Assembly: GCA_963675665.1 (NCBI GenBank)
Contig: OY776510.1
Span: forward strand, 4,768,001-4,832,000
Origin: Spirochaetia bacterium
GTDB taxonomy: Bacteria; Spirochaetota; Spirochaetia; UBA9216
Length of the DNA: 64,000 nucleotides
Direction: 5' to 3'
This document shows positions 19,890-28,554 of this stretch, piece by piece. The notes beneath the pieces are model-generated. The model was not told the origin of the DNA. It worked only from the letters and a program-made list of their open reading frames with translations, and did no database searches. The position numbers were made by a program, and so were the translations under genes. How positions within the stretch are numbered: the first letter of the stretch is position 1; every line of letters begins with the position of its first letter.

Positions 19890-19907
19890 CCTGCCATGGA
19901 GGGCAGG
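19890..19907 (-). repeat. Short GC-stem hairpin with NUCCAU loop upstream of E1 alpha (copy 3 of 3)
   Basis: + strand CCTGCC-ATGGAG-GGCAGG, 23 nt upstream of ATG 19866; 17/18 identical to the rhaA copy. Confidence 0.7.
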
Positions 19908-19995
19908 TTCTTAAGGTAGAGTTTTTAAATAAAAATTAAAAACTTCAAAATACAAAAAGTACGAAGTACTTTAGAAGTATTTTTTTGTATTCCTT

Positions 19996-20865
19996 CTATA
20001 TAATTCCGGCTACGATATCTACAAGATCTTCGGTGCCTTCAGCAATCAGCACTCCGGCAGCCTTAAGCGCCGCTTCCTTGTTTTCAGCAGATCCCTCTCC
20101 GTCCGGAGAAACTATCGCGCCGGCGTGCCCCATACTGGTATCCTTGGGCGCATTCTTGCCCGCTATCAATGCCACTACCGGTTTGGTAATATTTTCCTTG
20201 ATATATGCCGCGGCTATTTCTTCTTCGCTTCCGCCTATTTCTCCAATCATGACGATCACTTTTGTTTCTTCATCTTTCTCAAAAAACGGCAGAATATCCA
20301 CAAACATCGAACCGGGGATCATATCTCCGCCTACTCCGATGCAGGTCGACTGCCCGATATTCTTTTTCTTCATCATAAAAACCGTTTCATAACAGTTTGT
20401 CGCGCTGCGAGACATTATTCCCACATTTCCGGGCAGGAAAATTCGGTGGGCCATAAAACCTGCTTTGGCTTTGCCCGGAGAAATTATTCCGAAAGAATTC
20501 GGTCCTATCAATCTGCAGCCTTTTTCCTTTGCAAGATAATGAAGTTTCAGCATCTCATGAACGGGAACTCCCTCGGCAATGGTTATGACCAAAGGTATCC
20601 CCGACAGGATAGCCTCATATGCCGCTTTATACATGAATCTGGGCGGCACAAAGAGGACGGTAGCATTCGCGTCCGTCATTTCCTTTGCCTGCAGAACTGT
20701 ATTGAATACGGGAATTCCGAGGACAGAGGTGCCGCCCTTTCCCGGAGTAACACCGGCTACAACCTTTGTACCGTATTCAAGCATCTGCTCGGTATGGAAA
20801 GAGCCTTCCCGGCCTGTTATTCCCTGAACTATTAGTCTGGTATTTTCATCTATAAAAAAACTCAT
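19996..20865 (-). CDS. ADP-forming acyl-CoA ligase alpha subunit (SucD-like, divergent)
   Basis: VQGITGREG, GVTPGKGG, GEIGG, MGHAGA phospho-His; GPNSFG and SRSATNCYE differ from typical SucD. Confidence 0.88.
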   Translation of the reverse strand: MSFFIDENTRLIVQGITGREGSFHTEQMLEYGTKVVAGVTPGKGGTSVLGIPVFNTVLQAKEMTDANATVLFVPPRFMYKAAYEAILSGIPLVITIAEGVPVHEMLKLHYLAKEKGCRLIGPNSFGIISPGKAKAGFMAHRIFLPGNVGIMSRSATNCYETVFMMKKKNIGQSTCIGVGGDMIPGSMFVDILPFFEKDEETKVIVMIGEIGGSEEEIAAAYIKENITKPVVALIAGKNAPKDTSMGHAGAIVSPDGEGSAENKEAALKAAGVLIAEGTEDLVDIVAGII

Positions 20866-22004
20866 AACCCCATCCCCTGTGCAAGCACTTCGACTCCTTC
20901 CTTCAGACCGTCAGCCATTTTAATCCCGCCGCGGATCGTGTTGATGATTTCAAGACCCTTTTCCCTGTTTGTTCCTTCAAGTCTTGTTACCAGTCTTATT
21001 CCGTTCATATCGGCCATTGCAGCCTTTATTCCGTTTGCGATTTCGTCGCATCTTGTTATACCGCCGAAAATATTTATAAAAATTGTATCCACCCCGGAAG
21101 CCGAAGCTACTATTCTGAGAGCTTCCTTTATTCGTTCCGCAGTGGCCCCGCCGCCGAGATCAAGAGCGGAAGTCACTGTCATGCCGCGCTTGGTTATCAG
21201 ATCTATCGACGACATAATCATCCCGGAACCATTGCTGATTACCGCAATATTGCCTTCATTCCTGACCGGAATATATAAAAAATCAAATTTTCTTGCCTCA
21301 AGAACAAGGGGGTTCTCTTCTATTTCATCCCTGAAATCCTTGATATCACCGTGTTTATAAAGCGAATTGTCATCGATATCAATCTTGCCGTCGAGGGCCA
21401 TGATCCTGTTTTGTTCATCAATTATTAACGGGTTAATCTCTGCAAGCATGCAGTCCATTCCGATAAAAACATCGTACAGTTTCTTTACAACATTACGGAA
21501 TTCATCAGTATAATCACGGTTAAGACCTGATTTATCGATTGCATAATCTATAATAAAATCATCAATAATATCAGAAGGATTTATAAGAACTTTCACAATC
21601 TTTTCCGGATACTTATCAGCAATCTCGTTTATATCAACCCCGCCCTCAGGGCTGAAAATCATAACCGCTTTCTTGTATTTACGATCCAGGGTAAAGCTGA
21701 GATACATTTCCTTCCTGATTTCAACTTTTTCGGTAATAAAAATCCGTTTGACCGGCAGGTTTTTAATCTTCATATCAAGAACGGAGGAGCCTCTTTCAAC
21801 AAGTTCATCGTCATTCCCGGCAAACTGTACTCCTCCAGCCTTGCCGCGCCCGCCGGTCTGCACCTGGGCTTTGATAACTGCAGGGTAATTAACCTTACCC
21901 TGCAGGGCCTTAAGCTCTTCAACCGACGAGGCAACACACCCCTCGCTGCATGGAAGCTCAAAGCGCTTAAACAGTTCATGTGCCTTATATTCAAGCAGTT
22001 TCAT
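20862..22004 (-). CDS. ADP-forming acyl-CoA ligase beta subunit (SucC-like, divergent)
   Basis: KAQVQTGGRGKAGG, EINPL, NIFGGITRCD, RLEGTN; NGSGMIMSSID where SucC has NGAGLAMATMD. Confidence 0.88.
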   Translation of the reverse strand: MKLLEYKAHELFKRFELPCSEGCVASSVEELKALQGKVNYPAVIKAQVQTGGRGKAGGVQFAGNDDELVERGSSVLDMKIKNLPVKRIFITEKVEIRKEMYLSFTLDRKYKKAVMIFSPEGGVDINEIADKYPEKIVKVLINPSDIIDDFIIDYAIDKSGLNRDYTDEFRNVVKKLYDVFIGMDCMLAEINPLIIDEQNRIMALDGKIDIDDNSLYKHGDIKDFRDEIEENPLVLEARKFDFLYIPVRNEGNIAVISNGSGMIMSSIDLITKRGMTVTSALDLGGGATAERIKEALRIVASASGVDTIFINIFGGITRCDEIANGIKAAMADMNGIRLVTRLEGTNREKGLEIINTIRGGIKMADGLKEGVEVLAQGMGL

Positions 22005-22009
22005 CTATA

Positions 22010-23383
22010 TTATTCCTCTTCAGCCCATATCTCTTCATCAGTCGGAATAACTACGTTCGGTTTAATCTTGGCTACCCGGGTTATATTTAGGAGGTGCTTA
22101 TAATAAAAATTCTCGGAAATACTGTTGTTTCCCCATGAACCGCAACCCAGGGTGCTGGTAGCATTCAACCCGTTCAGAAAAGACCCGCCGATATTGATTG
22201 AACACGGCTGATTAACCAGGATTCGGCTTACGGGAGCTTTTTCGGCAAGCCTGACAATGTTTTTATCATTTTCAGAGTGGATAACAACAGTGTGGCCCTT
22301 TCCTTCTACCTCAAGGTTTTCAAGAACTATCTCAACAGCCTCGCCAAAGTCTTTATATTTAAACGGAACTATAACCGGAAACATTTTTTCTTTTCTGAGC
22401 AGGCTGTCCGTGTTTGAGTTTTCTTCAGGAATCACGATAACGACCGTATCCTCCGGCATTTCCACTCCGGCCCGCTCTGCAATGGTCTGAATCGGCTGAC
22501 CTATCAAATCCCTGTTTATAATTCCGTTTGGGAAAAGGGCTGTAACCAGCTTCTCACGTTCATCAGCATCAGTTACTACATAGCCGCCGTTAGCCGCGAG
22601 CTCTTTCAATACATCGTCATAAAGTTCTTCAGGCGCTATCACCGTTTGTTCGCCGGAACAGATGATTCCGTTATCAAAAACACGCCCGGTCACTATCTTC
22701 TCGACGGCATCCTTTAAATTAACACCCCGATCAATAACAGCCTGAACATTCCCCGCGCCTACTCCGAAGGACGGTTTACCGCTTGAATATGCGGCTTTTA
22801 CCATTCCTGCGCCGCCGGTGGCCACAGTCACATCGGTCATCTTCATCAGAAGATTCGAACGTTCAATATTTACATCCTCTACAACCTGAACGATATTTTC
22901 AGGAGCATTAAACTCCTTTAAGATCTTGTTCCATTCGTCCACCAGGAACTTTGTGCAGTTTACAGCCCTGGGATGCGGAGCAATTATTATTGTATTCCGT
23001 CCCTTAAGCGCCGCCATCGCGTTTGCCATAGGAGTGACAATCGGATTTGTACAGGGCTGAATTGCGCCTACGACTCCGATTGGTTTCGCAATCTCTATGA
23101 TTCCAAGCTCTGCATCCTCAGCAATAATCCCCTGTGCCTTTTTACCTTTCAGACTGTGCCACATAATCCTGGCCTTTCCGAGGTGCTTCTTTGTTTTAAA
23201 TTCTACAGTTCCCATCTTTGTTTCATTGTGCGCCATCTCGGCCAGCGGCACAGCATTGTCATAAACATACTTTGCAATCGCCCTGATCATTTTATCTATT
23301 CTTTTCTGATCGAAGGATTCAAATTCCTTAAGCGCGGTTCTTGATTTAACAACAAGCTCTTTAATATATTCTTCGTTTGTCAT
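22010..23383 (-). CDS. CoA-acylating aldehyde dehydrogenase (succinate-semialdehyde dehydrogenase/EutE-like)
   Basis: PCTNP, ATGGAGMVKAAYSSGKP, FDNGIICSGEQ, EKMFP, GHT, TLGCGSWGNN. Confidence 0.88.
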   Translation of the reverse strand: MTNEEYIKELVVKSRTALKEFESFDQKRIDKMIRAIAKYVYDNAVPLAEMAHNETKMGTVEFKTKKHLGKARIMWHSLKGKKAQGIIAEDAELGIIEIAKPIGVVGAIQPCTNPIVTPMANAMAALKGRNTIIIAPHPRAVNCTKFLVDEWNKILKEFNAPENIVQVVEDVNIERSNLLMKMTDVTVATGGAGMVKAAYSSGKPSFGVGAGNVQAVIDRGVNLKDAVEKIVTGRVFDNGIICSGEQTVIAPEELYDDVLKELAANGGYVVTDADEREKLVTALFPNGIINRDLIGQPIQTIAERAGVEMPEDTVVIVIPEENSNTDSLLRKEKMFPVIVPFKYKDFGEAVEIVLENLEVEGKGHTVVIHSENDKNIVRLAEKAPVSRILVNQPCSINIGGSFLNGLNATSTLGCGSWGNNSISENFYYKHLLNITRVAKIKPNVVIPTDEEIWAEEE

Positions 23384-23410
23384 ATGAGTTTCTCCTTATC
23401 ATTTAAACCT

Positions 23411-23493
23411 TTTAATGGTCTGACCTTTAAATTATTGATCCATGTACTGTTTTTGTCAAGCACTGTTTACATTTTAATGGACAGACCTTTTCA
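23411..23493. promoter_or_regulatory. Two FadR-type operators with divergent sigma-70 promoters
   Basis: TTTAATGGTCTGACCTTTAAA (23411-23431) and TTTAATGGACAGACCTTTTCA (23473-23493); minus TTGACA-17-AATAAT; plus TGGACA-17-TATATT. Confidence 0.7.
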
Positions 23494-23513
23494 AAAAAGG
23501 TATATTTCCATTG

Positions 23514-24254
23514 ATGGATCAAAAAATTACACCTATCAAGCGCAAAAGAGTCTCTGAAGAAGTTTTCAGACAATTATTCGACATGATAAACGATCATATT
23601 TACAGCCCGGGAGATCAGCTTCCAAGCGAAAGAGAGCTGGCTGAAAGATTCAAGGTCAGCAGGGCTTCAGTAAGAGAAGCCGTTAAAACCCTTGAAACGA
23701 TGGGTCTTATAGAATCAAGTGTAGGTGTCGGCGGGGGCAATTTTGTAAAGGAAGTGTCTCTGGAAACAATGATCTCTCCTTTCGCATCATTTCTTGATCA
23801 CAAAAAAAATCTTCTTGTGGAAATGATGGAATACAGGCTTGTACTTGAAACTGAAATAGCACGGCTTGCCGCCGAACGCAGAAACGATGAAGATCTAAAA
23901 AAAATTGAGGCCTCGGTGGAAGCAATGCGCAAAGAGGTTGCTGACGGAGGACTTGGCCTTTCAGGCGATAATATGTTTCACGAATATGTTGCCTCAGCAA
24001 CCCATAACCAGGTCTTTGTCCATATGCAGGAACTGGCGAAGACATTGCTTGAAAAGACGCGTGAATCGTCTTTGAGCGTGAAAGGGATTCCCCAACGGGG
24101 AATCGAGCAGCACCGCCGTATCTTCGAAGCCATCAGGGCGGGATCTCCGAAAGCCGCCGCAGAAGCGATGCATGAGCATATAACGGAAGCCATGATCAAT
24201 GTTCAGAAGCACGAGGGAATAAACCAGGGCAGCGATCAGTCTTCCGGCATATAA
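23514..24254 (+). CDS. GntR/FadR-family regulator, paralog of 11638..12354
   Basis: QLPSERELAERFKVSRASVREA; ATG 23514 lies 7 nt after TATATT (ORF track starts at TTG 23511). Confidence 0.92.
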   Translation: MDQKITPIKRKRVSEEVFRQLFDMINDHIYSPGDQLPSERELAERFKVSRASVREAVKTLETMGLIESSVGVGGGNFVKEVSLETMISPFASFLDHKKNLLVEMMEYRLVLETEIARLAAERRNDEDLKKIEASVEAMRKEVADGGLGLSGDNMFHEYVASATHNQVFVHMQELAKTLLEKTRESSLSVKGIPQRGIEQHRRIFEAIRAGSPKAAAEAMHEHITEAMINVQKHEGINQGSDQSSGI

Positions 24255-25285
24255 ATAGCTTTTATACCTTTCTCCGCCTCAAGAAGACCAAATGTCTGTT
24301 CCCAGTCTTCCAGCCTGAAATTGTGCGTAATAATGTTCGACAGCATATCTCCTTTATCCCGAAGAAGACCAAGGGCCTTGTCCCAGGATGTATAGCTTGA
24401 ACTGAAGTTGAACCTTATGTCGAGTACCTTGTGCATTGCAGCGTTCCACGGGAACTGTATATATTCATCGGCGCAGAGTCCTATCGCTGAAACCCTTCCC
24501 TTACGTCGCAATGCCGCAACTCCGTCTCTAATCGCAGGAGGCGCCCCGCTCGTCTCTATCAGAACATCCGCTCCGCGCCCGCCAGTCAGCTCGTTTATCC
24601 TGTCCTGCAGGTTCTCTTTCTGCACATTGACGATATAGTCGGCGCCGAGCCTCCGTGCAGCATCAAAACGGATTATCTCTCCGCTGTTCATTCCTGTCAT
24701 CAGGACACTGCCTGCACCCTGCATTTTGGCAATAAACGTAGCCAGTATCCCCATCGGTCCGGCGCCGGTTACAAGCACAAAGTCCTGCATCTCTATTACC
24801 CCGGCTTCAGACACCTGGTGCACGGCTATGGCAAGGGGTTCGGCAAGCGCTGCAAGTTCGTAGCTGACTCCTTCGGGTATCCGGTGAATAAGCTGAGCAG
24901 GCATTTTAAGGTAATCTGCAAAGGCCCCGTCTATTCCCCAGCCCGGAGAGCGCTTGTCCGCGCACATCTGAACCATTCCCTGCCGGCAGTATTCGCAAAG
25001 CCCGCAGTTCATCGAATGGGGTTCGGACACCACCCTGTCTCCGACGCTTACGTTTTTTACAGCCGCACCCGCTTCGACAACCTCCCCGGAGAACTCATGC
25101 CCGAGAATGACCGGCGGCCAGTATGGAAAATGATCGTGCCGGATATGCAGATCGGTTCCGCATACCCCTGCTGCCTTCACTTTTATAAGAACCCAGTCGG
25201 GCTCGCCCAGTTCCGGCGCAGGCACTTCGCGCACTTCGATATTTCCGGGTCCTTTTGCTGTTTTTACCAACGCTTTCATTGTCAT
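24236..25285 (-). CDS. Zn-dependent (MDR) polyol/sugar dehydrogenase
   Basis: GVCGTD, GHE, CGLCEYC...C, GAGPMG; ATGA overlap with the moaD stop. Confidence 0.9.
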   Translation of the reverse strand: MTMKALVKTAKGPGNIEVREVPAPELGEPDWVLIKVKAAGVCGTDLHIRHDHFPYWPPVILGHEFSGEVVEAGAAVKNVSVGDRVVSEPHSMNCGLCEYCRQGMVQMCADKRSPGWGIDGAFADYLKMPAQLIHRIPEGVSYELAALAEPLAIAVHQVSEAGVIEMQDFVLVTGAGPMGILATFIAKMQGAGSVLMTGMNSGEIIRFDAARRLGADYIVNVQKENLQDRINELTGGRGADVLIETSGAPPAIRDGVAALRRKGRVSAIGLCADEYIQFPWNAAMHKVLDIRFNFSSSYTSWDKALGLLRDKGDMLSNIITHNFRLEDWEQTFGLLEAEKGIKAIYMPED

Positions 25286-25530
25286 CCTCCAAGAACAACA
25301 GGAACAATTTGAAAATGATCATTCTCATTTATATTTCCAAAGTTATCCGGACTGATTGCCATCCCGTTTCTGTAAACATTGTAAAGAATCTTATCTCCCA
25401 TAACATTCTTTATTGCCTGAAACAGGGAATCCAAATCATTACATCCGGATACCGGTATTTCAATAGTTAGATTATCGGTCCCGGAAATCTTCTTAATACT
25501 TCCGATAAACTCCAGATTAATCGAAACCAC
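25282..25530 (-). CDS. MoaD/ThiS-family sulfur carrier
   Basis: 82 aa ending VPVVLGG; directly downstream of AOR 2. Confidence 0.8.
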   Translation of the reverse strand: MVSINLEFIGSIKKISGTDNLTIEIPVSGCNDLDSLFQAIKNVMGDKILYNVYRNGMAISPDNFGNINENDHFQIVPVVLGG

Positions 25531-25534
25531 AGTA

Positions 25535-27475
25535 TCAGCAAGCCTTCAGTTCAGACAAAATCTTTGCTGCCCAGGGGATACCGAGGTAGTGAACGGTTGA
25601 CTCAAGGGGAATACCTTCTTCACTGTCCCAACCCATCATTTCATAATAAGAACTCACTGCTTTTTCAAATTCTTCCCGATCAAGTTTTGAACCGTTGAGG
25701 GGGCCTTCCTGTAATCCCTCAAACATTCTGTCCGGTATATTCAGATCATCTTCTTTGGTCATTCCGTGTTTCAGATTGAAAAGCCTGGCCATTGTTGTCC
25801 CCCTTCGTCCGGCTTCAATTAATTCCATCAGGCTAGTATCCCAGCCGGTTACAGCCTTAACGATCTCGGGGATATGCGTAATTTTCAAAGTCCTTACAGG
25901 CTGAAACGTGAAAATACAGATATCAAGCATGTTGAACAGACTCCAGTAATGCTGAAGATGAGTAAACAGAGCAACTTTTTCAAAACCAAGAGATAAACTC
26001 GGGACAGGATCATACCACCCCAATGAATATAGAGTCTTCAGCATGGAATGCGGATCATCAGCGGTATGACTGTATCCTGTAAGCGCTGAATCAAAAGCCC
26101 CGTCATGTTCATGCTGCAGGTGGTCCGCTCCTGTCGGAGAAACGGCATAGGCAAGTCCCACACCGAACTTGGCCCGGGGTTCTGCAACAGCAAATTCCTG
26201 GCCTTTTACCTGCATAGAATATTTTTCAGCGCCCTTCCCTATAATCTTTCCGGCTTTTTTGCTGCCTTCCGCCAGGATGTTTCCAAAACCGTCTCTGTAT
26301 GCAATTTTTTTAAGCATTGAAAACATGGCTTCAACATTACCGAATTCAAGTTCTATACCGTCAGTGTCTTCTTTGGATATTAAGCCTCTCTCATAACACT
26401 CCATTGCGAAAGCAATTGTAACCCCTGCTGAAACGGTATCAATACCCAGTTGATTGCAGATTTCATGTGCTTTAGGCGCGGCATACATATCGGAGATACC
26501 GCAGATTGAACCGAAAGCTCCAAGGGTCTCGAACTCCGGACCTCCGAGGCGGCCGTTTATTTTATATGGTTTTTCAGCTTCAAAAACCTGCTTGCAACGC
26601 AGCGGACAGGCATAACAACCTTCCGTTTTCTTCTTCAGTGCCGCATGCAGTTCGTCGGCATCATACTCAAGTTTTTCAAAATACCCTTTCCGGTAATTAT
26701 ATGTGGGAAGTGTTCCAGCCGCCTGAGAACCAAAATAGTAGTCACTTGTTCCATGTTGATGTTGATTTTTGTTATCGTTATTATTCTGAAAATTCTCAGT
26801 GAAATACCTGAAAATTTCTTTCAGTTTATCCTGATTGAAAAACTCCTGCCTTCCGGTTCCACGAACGACCACAGCCTTAATATTTTTTGAACCCATTACA
26901 GCGCCCATTCCGGTCCGACCGTGGTAATGAGAAAGGTCATGCGCAATACCGGCAAATTTTACGAGATTCTCACCGGCAGGCCCAATAATAAGTGTTTTCA
27001 GTTTTGCTTCGCCTGTTTCTTCAATCAGCATGTCATTTGTTTCAAGCACTGTTTGCCCCCATAAATGAGAAGCATCTTTCAGTTCGATTCTGTCGTCTTT
27101 GATAAAAAGGTAAACAGGTTTTTCAGCCCGGCCTTCAAGAATTATTCCGTCGTAACCCGCACTTTTTAATTCAGGGCCCCAGAATCCTCCTGATTCTGAT
27201 TCTCCGTAAAACCCCGTAAGTGGAGATTTGGCACCGACTGAATGCCGTCCTGCACCGGGAATTTTTGCCCCTGTAATAACGCTTGCAGTGAAAATCAGTT
27301 TATTCTCCGGAGATAGAGGATCGATACCGGCTTCGAGCTCATTTAAGAGGTAATAACCTATTACACCTCTTCCCCCGAGATATCTGCGGAAAAAGTTTTC
27401 TCCCGGTTCATCAAAAGTAATGCATCCGTTTGAAAGATTGATTCTTATGATCTTATTATGAAAACCGTAGGTCAT
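25535..27475 (-). CDS. W/Mo-pterin aldehyde:ferredoxin oxidoreductase family protein (AOR 2)
   Basis: 646 aa; KSPLTG, GRTGMGAVMGSKN, CYACPLRC, GPEFET, GIDTVS, GADH, NMLDIC. Confidence 0.92.
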   Translation of the reverse strand: MTYGFHNKIIRINLSNGCITFDEPGENFFRRYLGGRGVIGYYLLNELEAGIDPLSPENKLIFTASVITGAKIPGAGRHSVGAKSPLTGFYGESESGGFWGPELKSAGYDGIILEGRAEKPVYLFIKDDRIELKDASHLWGQTVLETNDMLIEETGEAKLKTLIIGPAGENLVKFAGIAHDLSHYHGRTGMGAVMGSKNIKAVVVRGTGRQEFFNQDKLKEIFRYFTENFQNNNDNKNQHQHGTSDYYFGSQAAGTLPTYNYRKGYFEKLEYDADELHAALKKKTEGCYACPLRCKQVFEAEKPYKINGRLGGPEFETLGAFGSICGISDMYAAPKAHEICNQLGIDTVSAGVTIAFAMECYERGLISKEDTDGIELEFGNVEAMFSMLKKIAYRDGFGNILAEGSKKAGKIIGKGAEKYSMQVKGQEFAVAEPRAKFGVGLAYAVSPTGADHLQHEHDGAFDSALTGYSHTADDPHSMLKTLYSLGWYDPVPSLSLGFEKVALFTHLQHYWSLFNMLDICIFTFQPVRTLKITHIPEIVKAVTGWDTSLMELIEAGRRGTTMARLFNLKHGMTKEDDLNIPDRMFEGLQEGPLNGSKLDREEFEKAVSSYYEMMGWDSEEGIPLESTVHYLGIPWAAKILSELKAC

Positions 27476-27487
27476 TTCATTCTCCTG

Positions 27488-28552
27488 CTATAAGGTCAAT
27501 GCTTTTTTAAGCTCGACAGTTTCCGACAGGCCGTCAGCAACACCTATTTTATACGAAACCGAATAGGTCTCCCCCGCCTCAAGGTATTTCAGCCTGCCGT
27601 TTTCTCTTGCTTCCATACGCCCCTCGGGAATACAGTTTCCGGGTTCAAAAGCAGCGACATAATCCTGGCAACCCATCATTTTCCATTCGTTAAAAAATGG
27701 GAGTTCTTCAGGTGAGTAAACAAGATAGGCGCCGAAGTTCAGACTTTCATTGATAACAGCCGAATACACTTTATGTCCCTTTTCAGGCATCTCATGCAGA
27801 AAGCATTCATATTCATAACCCGGCTGAGGAGATTCCATTCTTTCGTATTCTCCGTTGCCATTGATTGCACTGTCCGTCCACGGCTTTACTTCAACAGCGC
27901 GTGTATAATAACCGGAATTCTCGCTAACTACCGGGAAACCGAAATTGACATGATAGAGAAGCATAAACGGCATTTTTTCAAATCCTGCATTTACAAATTT
28001 GTCAAAAATCTCAATTTCACTGCTGCCTGCCCTGCATTTGATTTCACGTTCCATCACCAGGTTCTCAGCATAAAGACAGGATTCCCTAACTTTTCCTTTG
28101 ACTGTATATACCGGCAGTCCTTCTTCCAGATGTTCTTCATAAAAAAAAGATTCTGCCGGAGTGTGGGATATTCGGCCGTGAATACCTAAAACATCATCAC
28201 CGTCTGTTCCCGAAGCTCCTGCCTGGGTCAAACCGCATGTAGTAAGAAGACCGCCAGAAAAAGAACGGAGAAATCCGTTTATACTGTTTTCATAATGTCC
28301 GGGGGCTACTATTCCGTTCTTGGACAACCATGCAACAGGACGGCCCCGGTATTCAGCTGTTGCTATATCCAGACTTCTGTCGGGCAGAACTGTGAAATTC
28401 AATCCGGTGCCGTTCTTAATCAGAAGCGCTCTGGAACCCCGCGCCTTTCCCTGAATATATTCAACCTCGGTTATTCCTCCGAACTGATCCGGCGAACCGA
28501 AATATTTTCTTATATCCTCATCCGTAAGATTCTTTCCGTATAAGCTCTTCAT
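27488..28552 (-). CDS. Aldose 1-epimerase-like protein (DUF4432-like)
   Basis: VLPDRSLDI, FSGGLLTTCGL, GIHGRISH, LYHVNFGFP, FEPGN. Confidence 0.8.
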   Translation of the reverse strand: MKSLYGKNLTDEDIRKYFGSPDQFGGITEVEYIQGKARGSRALLIKNGTGLNFTVLPDRSLDIATAEYRGRPVAWLSKNGIVAPGHYENSINGFLRSFSGGLLTTCGLTQAGASGTDGDDVLGIHGRISHTPAESFFYEEHLEEGLPVYTVKGKVRESCLYAENLVMEREIKCRAGSSEIEIFDKFVNAGFEKMPFMLLYHVNFGFPVVSENSGYYTRAVEVKPWTDSAINGNGEYERMESPQPGYEYECFLHEMPEKGHKVYSAVINESLNFGAYLVYSPEELPFFNEWKMMGCQDYVAAFEPGNCIPEGRMEARENGRLKYLEAGETYSVSYKIGVADGLSETVELKKALTL

Positions 28553-28554
28553 CC

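Noticed and set aside
15610-20835. Long + strand ORFs (274, 226, 203, 213 and 236 aa)
   Set aside because: Antisense to lpdA, E2, E1 and the ligase, with no motifs and typical shadow-ORF composition.
19996-22004. TCA-cycle sucCD
   Set aside because: Divergent acid-binding loops and no TCA context; gene symbols withheld.
3660-26140. GGDH/GADH in both AORs read as loss of a 4Fe-4S ligand
   Set aside because: The fourth ligand in AORs is the Cys of the later DxxGLC-type motif, which is present (DSLTLC, NMLDIC) along with CxxCxxxC.
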